From Eutreptiella sp. 'Long Island Sound 2002' (lineage: Eukaryota > Protista > Euglenida), in NCBI GenBank assembly GCA_964036045.1, contig OZ038378.1:180296001-180360000 (forward strand): a stretch of 64,000 bases of DNA, read 5' to 3'. Shown here piece after piece: positions 1-11,095 of the stretch. Position 1 is the first letter of the stretch, and each line of letters opens with the position of its first letter. The notes under the pieces were generated by a model. That model was not told where the DNA came from. It saw nothing but the letters and a program-made list of their open reading frames with translations, and did no database searches. The position numbers and the translations under genes are program-made.

Positions 1-61
1 CCGAGGATGCGGAAAATTCGCGATTGCATGGAAGCAGCTGGAATTTTTCTTATGCCGTCCG

Positions 62-1686
62 CTATAATCTCGAGGTGTTGTCTAACCCTGGGGAGTGGGG
101 AAAGCGCTCGTGAGTGGAGCACATTTTTCCGACATTGAAAATCGAGGCACTAAGTCTAACCACGCGGCATCTGCTCTTTGAAGCATGTGCTCTTTGGGCA
201 CACCTAAATTGACGACGGAATCTTTCCCAGATTTCCAACAACACCATAACCGCATGGTTGCAGTTGTCGTCCAAGAAGATGAGACTTGCTAAATAGAGAA
301 GACCAACAAACGATGTGTTTTTCTTCTACCATCAACAACAGCACAGCCATGCGACAACACCGGTTGGTGCCAGCAACATGCAATCTCACCGTTCGTGTCT
401 TTCAAGTTCACTCCTTCACTTGCCAACATGGAACACGGAAATCGCTTCCCTCACCCTCATGACGCCCCAAATTATCAGTGCTCACAAAAAACACAAACAA
501 AAATGACTATTTCATCAGGTCATGCAAACGACAATTCATTCATTCATTGTCACACATTGACAACATGTTTCGGGGGGAGAATGAAGAGGGATGGTATTGT
601 CACACGGGTGGAGGAGGACTAGGAGCAAAAAAAAAGAAAAACGTAAATAGAAGCCATACACCATGTTGCAGCGTACTGAAACGGGTGTAGCACTCGTAAA
701 TGTAAAAATTGTTTGTGACATTCAAGTGGTTCACGTCCGTGTGCCCAAACCAATCACACACGTCCACGCTCCATCGATATGGCGGAGCACTAATTCCTAG
801 AAGGTGATTGTCGGTCGCGAATCGATGCAAGCGAAAGCACTCCAAAAGAAAAGCAAGGACATTCTTCTCAAGCTCCTCCGGCCTTGATGCGGTGGAGGCG
901 TGATAAAATCTTTTGCAATATCGTGATTGTGCATGTGTGGTTGCAAACTTGCGTGCGTTGTCACCGCTCCTCCTCAGTCTAAATTGCATTTGTGAGTGGC
1001 TGCCGTCCGACGTCAAGTTACCTGCAAATGTCTAGCCGTTGTGCACAACAATTGAAGAATTGGTACACTAGAGAGCAGCAAGATAAGATCCAAACTTTTT
1101 ACTTTTGCCATGATGAACCCAGGATTCGAAGGCACGCAAGCACGCAAGTTGTGGGTGTCCGGGGCGACACGTTGATGGAATATCCCCAAGAGGAATACCC
1201 CCATGATGGTTGTTCAAGAGAAAGGGGGATATAGAACTACCTCAGTAGAACGAAGCACTCAACACCATTGTTTTTTCACGGATACAAAGGACGGTTTTCG
1301 CACAAATTGAGACACACAAACGCCAAACACAAAGACTCACTTTCACAAGAACATGTAAGAGAAATACGTCGTGTTTGAGGCATATCAAATGTGGCAAGGA
1401 TGGGTTTCTCCGAAAACCATAAATACCACGAAAAAGAGGTCCACTATCGAGTGATTGAGGGCTTGGCAAACAAGACATCGATCAAGTTTGGGTTTCTACT
1501 TCGCCCTAACCTACCTTGGAGAGAACGGCGGAGACAAATCCGAGGCTCACTGATGGTTTGATGACCGACACTATTGCAACCCAACTTGGAGATGGTTCGC
1601 AGAACTAAGCAGCCTGAGAGCAGCAGGCAACGTTTACATTTGGTAGTGCCGAATTCCCACATTTTCAGATATGGTGCAGATTCCAC
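62..1686 (-). mobile_element. Decayed Ty3/gypsy-like pol remnant (RT thumb, RNase H, integrase Zn-finger fragments)
   Basis: Broken minus-strand frames in RT-RH-INT order: 1242-1478 'PLFRGIYGFRRNP' (like FLGxxGYYRRFI), 600-1016 'EELEKNVLAFLLECFRLHRFATDNHLL...RWSV' (gypsy RNase H ELE..TD..RW pattern), 62-274 'CNHAV...ERFRRQF' (integrase HHCC-like). Many stops and frameshifts. Confidence 0.5.
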
Positions 1687-1973
1687 CCATTATGCAACCG
1701 AGCCTTTAGGCTTCGTAACGTTGAACAGTCTCAGCCAGATGACTGCAGGGCTCCACAACTTCCCTGAGCTGTAGCTTCCTCCGACAGATTTTAATCAACT
1801 GATGGATGCTGATGGACAGTACTGTCCACAGTATGTGTACCAAAGCTGAAAACCATGGGGGGGCCGTAAACTACAACTTCTGTGCTTAAGATGCGAAGAT
1901 TTGTTGTCTGGTTTGGATCTGGTTGCTGGTTTGTTTTTGCCGTTTGCCAAACGGTTTGGGGGGACGCGCAGTC

Positions 1974-2088
1974 GCATACTCCCCCTAGTAAACAAGCCGG
2001 GGGAAGAAGCAAAGGCAACAAAGCAGCACAAGACGGGGTTGGAGTGTGTCTCTTGTCGCCGGCACTGTTTTTTGTAATAGGCAGTTGG
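1974..2088. repeat. DIRS right ITR (2023-2088) plus right extension (1974-2022)
   Basis: 2023-2088 is the reverse complement of 6325-6390 at 61/66 positions. 1974-2043 is the exact reverse complement of 2310-2379. Confidence 0.92.
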
Positions 2089-2108
2089 TGTAGAGTGCAA
2101 CGCATAAA

Positions 2109-3362
2109 TCATTCTTCATCAAGAACAAACGCTGTGCATCGGCGCCCCGACGTGGTGCGCGCCGCCTTGCGTTCTGGACCCTCATCCCTATCCCTCACCC
2201 TCTTCAAAGACTGCGATACAGTGGCCGCTCCAAGGCGTGGCGATGAGCGCCAGCCGCGCAGCATAGGCACTTTGGTAGGCTTAGGCCTTGCTTTGGGTGG
2301 GAGGGTGGGTCCAACCCCGTCTTGTGCTGCTTTGTTGCCTTTGCTTCTTCCCCCGGCTTGTTTACTAGGGGGAGTATGCAAAGGCGCCTCTGCAGCACAA
2401 GACGGGCTTGGAGTCGTGTGCACCGCCAAATGTGCATGGAGCGCTGTCGCGGCTGTGTCCACGGCCCCAAGCCGGTTGTAATGCTTGCAATAAGCTTCGT
2501 AATTCGCCCACGACCCGATTTCGCACGAAATATCGGGGGGCAAATTCATTTGCTTATGAATCAGCTTGCCAGCGCCGCGTGTGGTGTGCGGCTTGTAGTG
2601 AGTAACATCTACACCGTGTGTGTGCAAAATTTGCTTGGTTAGCGCGCCGACGCGATCACTCGACAACGCGCCGTGCGGCTTCACCAAACCGATGAGCAGG
2701 GGCCCTCGCGGGGCTCCCTCGGGTGTGATATGCATGTACCGTACAATAAGGTGCAAAGGGCAAACAGTGGGATGGTTAGGCAACACCATCACGCGTTCCT
2801 AGCGGTATGACAACCAACCTTTTCGCTGTGCTGCAATGTACAGCTCGCCGTTTGGGCCTCTGGCCCAAAGACGACGCAAATGCGCCAAATCGACGCTTCG
2901 ATAAAGATGGAGCAATCTCCAAACAATAATCAAGCGATTGCGGACTTGTATTCTACAACGAAAATTCACGGGTTGCGAAATGAGCGCCCGTAATACCGTG
3001 GTCCCACACCAAAATGCAGCGTACTGTGGAGACGAAGCATTCCACTGCTGCTTCATGGCCCTGATGGCCGGATCAAAACGTAAGGAAGACATGGAGGGAA
3101 ACATGACAACCGCGGCGTAAGCGGAGCGAGCCTGTGACATAGAATGCTGAAATAGCATGCTTAAAACAGAAACCACTTGCGTCTTCCCGATGCCAGGAAA
3201 GGGAAAACCGAGTTCGCACCCCAACTTGAAAAAGAGAACAAATGCGCTATTGTAGCGCTTCAAAGACTTGTCACGTTGCGATAAAAATTGGTCAGCCGCT
3301 GCTGACGTGTAGTCGGCTGCGAGCAATTGTTCCCTGAGACATAGGCGAAAATCACATCCCAT
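2109..3362 (-). pseudogene. DIRS tyrosine recombinase (ORF3) with one in-frame TAG at 2799-2801
   Basis: ORFs 2799-3860 and 2109-2792 are the same frame (..TAC CGC TAG GAA CGC GTG ATG..). Catalytic motifs: LYRSVDL (R), KPHTTRG (HxxR), IGSW, KHYNR (Y). Likely start ATG at 3362 (MGCDFRL). Confidence 0.88.
2310..2414. repeat. DIRS internal complementary region (ICR)
   Basis: 2310-2379 is the exact reverse complement of 1974-2043 (70 bp) and 2380-2414 is the exact reverse complement of 6368-6402 (35 bp). They join as ...GAGTATGC|AAAGGCGCC..., the expected circle junction. Confidence 0.93.
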
Positions 3363-5329
3363 CGCGGGGCGGGCAATGGCGCGCGCGATGGTGTCTCGAA
3401 TATCCCGGGGCACCGTTTTTTGAAAAATATCGGGCAATTCGGCTCGAAGAGCCGTAGTAGTGGGGGCCACCACGGGGCAGCCCGCCAAAACGGCACTACT
3501 ATTAGAACTCTGAGAAGTGGGAACTGGGACAAGCGGTTGAGGAAGGGGTGGATGATCTTCCAAGGAGGGTGGGCGTAGGCAAAGCGGATCCCTTGGAGAG
3601 ACGCTTGAAGCGTGTCCGTCAGCACTTGGTGAGGGTGCGACGTTGGCCACCGGCAAGCAAACTTCTTGCACTTGGCGCTCTCCGGCGTGGCAAACAGATC
3701 TAATTGAGGCGTCCTCAGCGCCCGTGTGATGCGGTGAAAAACGTGGTCCGAGAGGACGACTTCCCGCACGTCTATAGTCCGTCGGGATACTATATCGGCT
3801 GGGTTGGCCGCTGATGGTACCCACTCGGGTCTGACTTGCACGTTGCGTGCCCAACACCACGCGAACATCTCGCGGACGGCGTCGTTCAGCAGCCGGAGGC
3901 GTCCGCCTTGACGCTGCAAATAAGCAAAGGCCGTGGAATTGTCTACTAACAAATGCACTATGTCACCGGGTGGAGCGAAGGATTGAAGAGCCAAAGCACT
4001 AGCGTGCAAATCTTTTAAATTGATGTGAATGTGCTTAGGCACGTAACGATGTGCCGTGTGCTGCGTGTGCAAATCAATAGCGCCCAATTGAGTGTCGGAC
4101 GCGTCGGCGGCCAAGCGCCTATTGGAGGGCGCTCCCAACATGGGGCGCCCTTCCCAAGAGCTCAAGTGTATTTTACACAGTTTAACTTGTTCCTGCACGG
4201 TGGAAGGGACGGGTAAATGTTTGTCATAACCGTGAAAGCGACTTAGTTGAACGAACTCAACTAGCGCGTCGGTCAACAACCGTAAACCAGGAAAACACAC
4301 AAGCAAGGATCTCACCTTGCCTAGAATGGAAGCGGCGGACCGCAGGGAGATGGAGGACTTGGTGAGCAATTTGCCTAACTCTTTACGATAGCCTTTCCTC
4401 TTTTTCTCGGGAATGGAAACGAGGCCTTGCTCGAAATCGACATTAATTCCTAGAAATTCTAAGTGTTGTGTTGGTGGCACACACTTTGGCTCATTCACCA
4501 AAAACCCAGCATCGTTCAAAGTTTGGTGAACGATGTTCCAATGCGCAATGCACTCATCGTGCGAAGATGCAACAATAAAAAGATCATCTAAATAGCCGTA
4601 CACCGTGATTCCCTGAGACCGCCAATGCTTAAGCAATACTTTCACAAAATCGGTAAAAACTTGAGGCGCCACATTGACGCCGAAGGGCATGGCTTCAAAT
4701 CTAAAAATGGTGTCGTCAAAGGAAAACCCGGTGTAGCGCGCGAACTTGTCACTCAAAGGGACGTGAAAGTATGCATGCTTGAGGTCTACCTTCGCCCCCC
4801 ATTGTCCTTTGCGAAGGGTGGGGAACACATGTCCCCAGTGATCGATGCGAAAGTGGGAAACCGGAATTCCAGAATTGGGCCTACGAAGGTTAGATATGAA
4901 ACGAGCTTTGATGTTTTCTCCCAAACTTGTTGTTTCTTCCTTGAGAACGATGAACCATGGAAAGAAATAATCCACATCGCGCCGTGCGCAACGCCGGATG
5001 GCACCAATTTCTTCATATTCATATATCAATTTCCGTGCATGGAAATATTCAAGCGAAGCCCTATCATAGGGACAAAGTGGTGGCGCCCTAGACACACAAT
5101 GAGGTAAATGTACCTGGTAAAGCAGCCCGTTGTCCAAAATATCGAGAACGCGCGGGGGGGCGTGCCTCTTCCACCACGCGCGGCGTTGGCGAAGTCGGGC
5201 GGGGATGGGGACGCCGGAGTAGTCATGAGCTACTGCTGCTTGGTGTGTTGGCTTGACTGGAGCCGGCGCCTCGGGAACTGTAACCCGATTGGCGGTATCC
5301 TTTTCCACCTTTGCCTCGGCCTTTTCCAC
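3260..5329 (-). CDS. DIRS ORF2: reverse transcriptase - RNase H - N6-adenine methyltransferase-like domain
   Basis: 689-aa open frame. RT: DLKHAYFHVPL, MPFGVNVAPQVFT, YLDD. RNase H: DASDTQLGA, HINLKDL, VDNSTA, NPADIVSR. MT: LDLFAT...YAHPPW...VPFWRAAPWWP. Confidence 0.93.
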   Translation of the reverse strand: MEKAEAKVEKDTANRVTVPEAPAPVKPTHQAAVAHDYSGVPIPARLRQRRAWWKRHAPPRVLDILDNGLLYQVHLPHCVSRAPPLCPYDRASLEYFHARKLIYEYEEIGAIRRCARRDVDYFFPWFIVLKEETTSLGENIKARFISNLRRPNSGIPVSHFRIDHWGHVFPTLRKGQWGAKVDLKHAYFHVPLSDKFARYTGFSFDDTIFRFEAMPFGVNVAPQVFTDFVKVLLKHWRSQGITVYGYLDDLFIVASSHDECIAHWNIVHQTLNDAGFLVNEPKCVPPTQHLEFLGINVDFEQGLVSIPEKKRKGYRKELGKLLTKSSISLRSAASILGKVRSLLVCFPGLRLLTDALVEFVQLSRFHGYDKHLPVPSTVQEQVKLCKIHLSSWEGRPMLGAPSNRRLAADASDTQLGAIDLHTQHTAHRYVPKHIHINLKDLHASALALQSFAPPGDIVHLLVDNSTAFAYLQRQGGRLRLLNDAVREMFAWCWARNVQVRPEWVPSAANPADIVSRRTIDVREVVLSDHVFHRITRALRTPQLDLFATPESAKCKKFACRWPTSHPHQVLTDTLQASLQGIRFAYAHPPWKIIHPFLNRLSQFPLLRVLIVVPFWRAAPWWPPLLRLFEPNCPIFFKKRCPGIFETPSRAPLPAPRWDVIFAYVSGNNCSQPTTRQQRLTNFYRNVTSL

Positions 5330-6269
5330 CGCTCCGATAATTTTGTCGGGCGTTGTTGTTGTAGCGCCCTTGGCCTTGATTGTTTTGAGGCATGTTGCGA
5401 AAGGCTGAAGAATAAGAAGAAGCCTTGTTCACCTTTTGATTGTGGGCGGCTAATGCTAAGTCCTCTTTGGAAAATAACGGATTCTTGAAAGACATAGCGT
5501 CGGGGATGGATTTTTGTTTGCGGTATTCTTGAATACGCACAAAAAGGTCGGTAGTGGCGGCAAAAGTTCTATCAACAATTGAATCCAAAACAATGTCGGA
5601 TGGGGTTGCTTGTGGGTCAACAAGTTTGGCGTCAATCACGGCCAACATACGCAAAATGTTAAGAGTGGCATTCTCCCAACTTTTATGAACTTTATCGACG
5701 GCAACATTGCCATCGCGCCTATGATTATTGCATGCCGCATCATGCGGAAGTCCTTTAAAAAATGGAATATCCTTCAAAAGCCGTTTACGGTCTTCAAATT
5801 CCAATTGAACCTTCATGTTATCCCAAATGCTTTGAAAGCTCTCGGATAATTCCAATTCTTCAACGGCCCATGGTAACGTAGGAGCCGGGGCATCGGCACC
5901 AAGCGCATCGCACAAAGCAAAAGCTGCTTGTTTGGCGTCCCCGTCCAATACTTTTGGTAGGGAATTTAAACGCCAATGCAACGCAAGTGCAACCAAAATA
6001 ACGTCACGATACACGTCGAATCGTGTTGACAATACCCCCCCCACCTTGGACATGTCAAATATAAGCCGGGACAAATTTCCTTGTCCATATCCGGCACCAG
6101 ACCAGTTACCACCACCTTGGATGATATTATCTTGTAACCCTTCGGGGGCAATAGCTACCAAGGGAACCAGATCGTCCATAAATAATTTCCAGGCGTGGTC
6201 CAGCGTGCCCTGGTCACCAGAAAATAAATCGGCCCAGGAGTTGAAGGGGATGGGGTTCATCACTGCCAT
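5223..6269 (-). CDS. DIRS ORF1, gag-like
   Basis: Open frame from ATG 6269 (MAVMNPIPF), just inside the left ITR. Basic Gly/Arg-rich C-terminus (RSGGKGRGKGGKG) overlapping ORF2, the ORF1 position in DIRS elements. Confidence 0.8.
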   Translation of the reverse strand: MAVMNPIPFNSWADLFSGDQGTLDHAWKLFMDDLVPLVAIAPEGLQDNIIQGGGNWSGAGYGQGNLSRLIFDMSKVGGVLSTRFDVYRDVILVALALHWRLNSLPKVLDGDAKQAAFALCDALGADAPAPTLPWAVEELELSESFQSIWDNMKVQLEFEDRKRLLKDIPFFKGLPHDAACNNHRRDGNVAVDKVHKSWENATLNILRMLAVIDAKLVDPQATPSDIVLDSIVDRTFAATTDLFVRIQEYRKQKSIPDAMSFKNPLFSKEDLALAAHNQKVNKASSYSSAFRNMPQNNQGQGRYNNNARQNYRSGGKGRGKGGKGYRQSGYSSRGAGSSQANTPSSSSS

Positions 6270-6324
6270 TTCTTCAATAATTCCAAATAAATTTCTTCTG
6301 TGATTTGTGAGGCAGGACAAACCG

Positions 6325-6402
6325 CCAACTGCCGGCGACAAAAAACAGTGCCGGCGACAAGAGACACACTCCAAGCCCGTCTTGTGCTGCAGAGGCGCCT
6401 TT
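6325..6402. repeat. DIRS left ITR
   Basis: Inverted copy of 2023-2088 plus a 12-bp unique terminus (AGAGGCGCCTTT) that is mirrored in the ICR. Confidence 0.92.
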
Positions 6403-6571
6403 AAATTTCGGCGCGCATCGGCGCGCGCCAGTCAAACAGGCGGGGTAATCTAGGCCGAACACGGGGGTTTTCCCTTATCGGCAAATCACCCTACACTGGA
6501 ATTTTGTGCACCAGGAATTTTTTCCACGACACTTTGTGTCAACAGAGTTGCAGCCTAACGAAGCGAGAAAT

Positions 6572-6600
6572 TTCTTTCTTTCTTTCTTTCTTTCTTTTTT
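6572..6600. repeat. (TTTC)n microsatellite
   Basis: tttctttctttctttctttctttctttttt seen directly. Confidence 0.85.
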
Positions 6601-9600
6601 GAGTTTGCTATGATCAGCGAATTGTATCTTTAAGATAAAATGGAGCAAATTAATTGTTCCAACCTGATTTCTCACTGTGCAACCAGTGCACTGCGCATCA
6701 GCAAAAAGTGTTTCAATGGATAGCACACAATTAATAGGGGGCTTTCTCTTTTGTAGGGCTGCCCCCTACTGGTGGGGGGCAGCCCATAATGGCTGATGCA
6801 GGGTGAGAAGGGGGCAAATCCGGAAGGGGGCTACCGGTGCCCGAGAATTTCCAGTGGCCTTTGAATGTGCACGAATTCAGTGGAATTTGGCAATGCAACA
6901 GACTTTCAGAGTGCTGCCTTTGTTGAGTGAGGAATTTTCATCTCCCAGTTGTTTGCGACCTCCACTTCATGTGCATGTCAAGCGACAAACAATGGCTCCA
7001 TCCTGATCACCCTGGTGACGTTATTCGTAGATTCTTTAATATTGGCCCGATGGTCATCCGTACATGAGAACGTGAAAATCTTCACAACGATGAGGATTGT
7101 GGCATTGCTTCAACTACAATGGATTTGGGTCTTGATGATGCTCTTCGCCATGCCAAGTCCGGTATATTTGTTCTTGCCCTTTCATTTGGGCGGTGTTAAC
7201 GGTGGGTTCTTCGCTAGACGACGATTAATGATCGGTTGAGCCCTGGTCAACGCCAAGTGTTGTTTTTGCGATCAACGGTCAATGGTTGCTCTGCGTGCTT
7301 GGGGAGGCTCGAGTTATAGATGCTTACCGACGAGGGTTGAGGGAAGTGGGTGCGACTTGAGAAGGTGGCTACGTTCAACGTGGGTTGAGTTTCCCAAACG
7401 TCCCTTCTCAGGCGACCAGCCTCGATTTGGAGGACATGATAGCGGACGATGAGCGGTATTATCCATACCACCCTACGGGTCCGGAGGATACAGCGAGTGA
7501 GCGCTTTACTTGGCAAGGCGGCACTCTCAAGGTTTTGCCCTTGCAAGTGCTTTTGTCCCTCTCTCAACGAAGGGCAAGCATACCATGCATTGTGCCTTGG
7601 AAGGGTTTTGGAGTACATCAGCAATTAGCTCTCTCCCTCAACCACGCCCATACAACGTAGTGTCTATGCATGGGCCCTTTTCACAGGACTCCGTCCCTTG
7701 AATCAAGCTTTTGCTTCACGGGCGACCTCAAAAGTCGTAGGCATTGGGTGGGCAAGGCTATCACCCATCTGTTGGTTGGCTCATGGTTCACGTATTGTTT
7801 AGGCTTCGAATTGGTGCCTTGCTGCTTTGGTGAAGTAGTTGACACCCGAACTATGACGTCCGCATCAAAAAGGTGAGTGGTTTCGGGCTTGAGAGAATGA
7901 CCACAATCCACCAAAGGGCGTTAGATGGCAAGGACAAGATACTCCTTGTAACACGAAGAAGATATTTTCAATGGAACTAGGGTGCATTGTGGGACATTTC
8001 TAGCTTCCCATGGTGAAACACACCTTCTTTGATGGTGCAATGGAGACTCCAATGTCGTAATGTGGAAACCCCCCTTAGTGCGCAATTAGTGAATGCGTAC
8101 CCCACCTTCCTTTTCCCTTTCACAAAACCATGATTTGTACCTTGATGTGGAAGGAAAAGAATGTGACCTTCAAAGTAGATGGTGGCAAACAAATGCCTTG
8201 CAACAGCACTAAATCCGGGTTATAGACCCGGGGATTCAAACCTGAATCCGGTTTATGTAACCCAGAATTTATGGGGAGGTTATATAAACCGGATTTCGGG
8301 GCTCAATCCCGGGTTATGGAGTTGGAACCAAGGGACTTCTTTGGGCTTGGAAAACGTAAAGGAAAAGGTAAATCGTACTAGAGAGACGGTAGGATATTGT
8401 CTTTTGTCAATTTGTTCCATTGAAACATGTCTCGCAAGCAATCGGCCAACATGCGAAACCGTCAACAGTCAGCAACTTCGAATCCCAGGTCGCACTGAAT
8501 CGCGGGATGTGCATCCGGTTTATATCTAGAGACTTCAGCGTGTAATAGCGTAATGTGTGATTTGAAATGTGTCAATGTGGGTGCTTTCCTCATGTGTAAT
8601 TTTGAGAAAACAATTTGCCAAATTTAGGCTATGATTTGCAAGATGTCATTGTTGGTGCCTTCCTCATCTACATAAAGCACATGGACACTACATATCCAAC
8701 CAAGCCTCGAGGGGAATGTCGAGATCTGCCCTGTTGGAAGGAAAAGCCACAAAGTAGTCCCAACAAGCCAATTACAACACTTCAGTGCGGCAAACAAATG
8801 CCTTTCAACGGCAATGTATGTAGCTAGAAACGATCATAGGTAGCACTGAATGGAAAGTCTCGTGAGCCGCATGCAGTGATAGGATGAATGTGGATTGGAT
8901 GGAACATACTGCCGAAGCTCCAACCCAATATGGTTTCATCAATGGGCACGCCGCTTCACAATGCCCACGCCCATGAGGACGCATAGCCAAGGATAACAAC
9001 CCCTAACTGATCCATAATGTTGACTTGGAATACGTACATTCATCATCTAGCAGCTTGGCCTTGGGACATGACATGGCCATAGTTCTGAGAGACTGAATGG
9101 TTTTGTGCACCTTTTGTGTCGTTTCCCAAAGGCACACGCACCTTGACTAGAATGCTACTATTGCTTGAATAGTTGGGGGATGCCATTTGCTCATCTGCCA
9201 ATGGTCCGACCAATTTCCTCAGCATATTGCATGGCTAGTTTTCTTGGAGGTCAAGAAAAAACCACTGTGTGATGTTGGGAAATTGACTAACAAGTGTGTA
9301 GCCACTGAGGGGCCGGTACCCAACCTCGTCTTTGCAAGAAACACTATTTGTCTCCGCCATGGTATGTTGTGGTCCGGTTGGGAAATATGTTCCCCTTGTG
9401 TTCACATTTTTGCCTCTTATTGTTGTTTCTTTGCCGTCCCACCACAATTCCAATCAAACACTCACTGTGAGTGATGAATTTCCACTTCCGTGACTAGCAA
9501 CCATTATGGGGTGTGCATAGGGCACCACCACGTGTCCCGAGAACGTGGCGTCCTTGCTTCACCCTTCTCACAAGGTGGGGCTTCAACGGCTGCTTTGTGG

Positions 9601-10666
9601 TATTTGTCATGACCCTTAGCTAGCGAGGCATGCACATTTGGGGGAAACTGCCTGCATGCATCCATTTCATTTGCCAATGAGGAATCAAATTGCATGGTAG
9701 TGTTCAGTAAATACAAGGAAACCACACAGTGCAAATCATCATGAGACGATCATCAGATTTGCTATGAGCACTTGCTCATTTGCTTGCGTGCTGAAATTAT
9801 AAACAAATCAGTGTAAACAATGTCTTCAACAATGAAGATTGAGGCCAAAGAAGGGCAAGACAGTTGATAGTTACATGCCTTTTTACGGCCTCACAATCTC
9901 GATGAAGAAATGCTCACCCCAACCTTGCTGGCGGGTGGCTTTTCTTCACAGAGAAACGCTACTAAGTAGGATTGGGGTAGCCTTTCTTCTCCAAGAGGGA
10001 GAGTTTCTGACTTGTAGGGAGTACAACCAAGGGATAAAATGGGTAGGGTAGGGCAGGGCGTCCCACAATGAGCTCATAAATCGTAGTAAGAACACGAGCA
10101 GGGACGAAACCCAATGTCAAAGTGGAGCACTGAGCACACACAACCCCGCTGTCCCTTGACAAGTTCATGATTTTTTGAAGCTGTTGAGCCCTTGCTCGCT
10201 CGCTTCGCATTGTGTGCAAAACTGAGTGGGCCTTTCCCACTCCCTGCAACCGCTAATGACCAGCAATGTTGAACGATAGAATTGTTTCTAACCTGCTGGT
10301 GCACAAAACAAGATCTTGATGTTGGACGTGGATGCCACCATGTCTGCATGATGTATTGACCTGTATACCCAAGTACCACGTGGGCCGTCGATTCTCTCTC
10401 CTCCTCTCCCTCTCCCTCCCTCCCTCCCCCGCTCCCTCCCTCTGTGATGAACTGGATTGTTTGTGTTTGTTTTGTTCGTGGATTTCCCATTTCTTTGACA
10501 CAGTCGTTCCATAGTTGTGATCCAGACACCCTGATGCTCCAAACTGTGAACTCCTGAATGTTGAGTGATATGCAGCATGGAACAATCATACATGATACCA
10601 AACAGGACATGATGAATCTCCATGGTCATACTGTGTACGATCTGTATGATGTACAAATTTCATGCG

Positions 10667-11095
10667 CTATTGCGAATAGCAAGGACTGTGGATCTCTTTC
10701 AACCCAATATCAATCTCATTTTGATTAATGCAATTAATTTCTATGTTATACTGAAGCCAATCGTGCCTAAACTCAGAGGCTTCCCTCCACTCTGGTTCAG
10801 GGTACCCCTTGTACTTTACTACCAACCACTGTGTGGTGTGACAGTGAACAATCTTTCTGCCGGTTGGTTTTAGTGGAATGCCAGCGGAACATATCTTCTG
10901 CACCCCACTGACCTCAATTTGCAGACACTTGATGAGATGATCGATCTTAAAAGCAATTCGGCCCGGCAAACCGTACATTGTACCAACCCGTGGACAGGGG
11001 GACAGTGGGGCTGCCCCAGAGGGTATATTGGCATGGGGCTGCTGGATTTCGGTCATCAGACGCATGATTTGCTCTCCATTGGGGCCGCCCTTCAA
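10667..11095 (-). pseudogene. Chromodomain-like fragment, possibly a chromovirus integrase C-terminus
   Basis: 'FKIDHLIK...WLVVKYKGYPEPEWREA' resembles the chromodomain YLVKWKGY..W core. A purine tract lies downstream on the minus strand (~10393-10442). Confidence 0.4.

Larger units (their letters stand above)
1974..6402 (-). mobile_element. DIRS1-type tyrosine-recombinase retrotransposon, full length (~4.43 kb)
   Basis: Three overlapping ORFs (gag-like, RT-RH-MT, YR) bounded by inverted terminal repeats, plus an internal complementary region matching both termini. No target-site duplication seen. Confidence 0.93.

Noticed and set aside
8480-8530. Canonical Helitron 3' end (hairpin plus CTAG)
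   Set aside because: The stem is only 5 bp, the base after CTAG is A rather than T, and no TC 5' end was identified.
6900-9500. Possible further retroelement pol (e.g. FTGDLKS on +, YFEGHIL on -)
   Set aside because: The motif-like strings occur on both strands with wrong spacing, so no consistent frame, strand or family could be supported.
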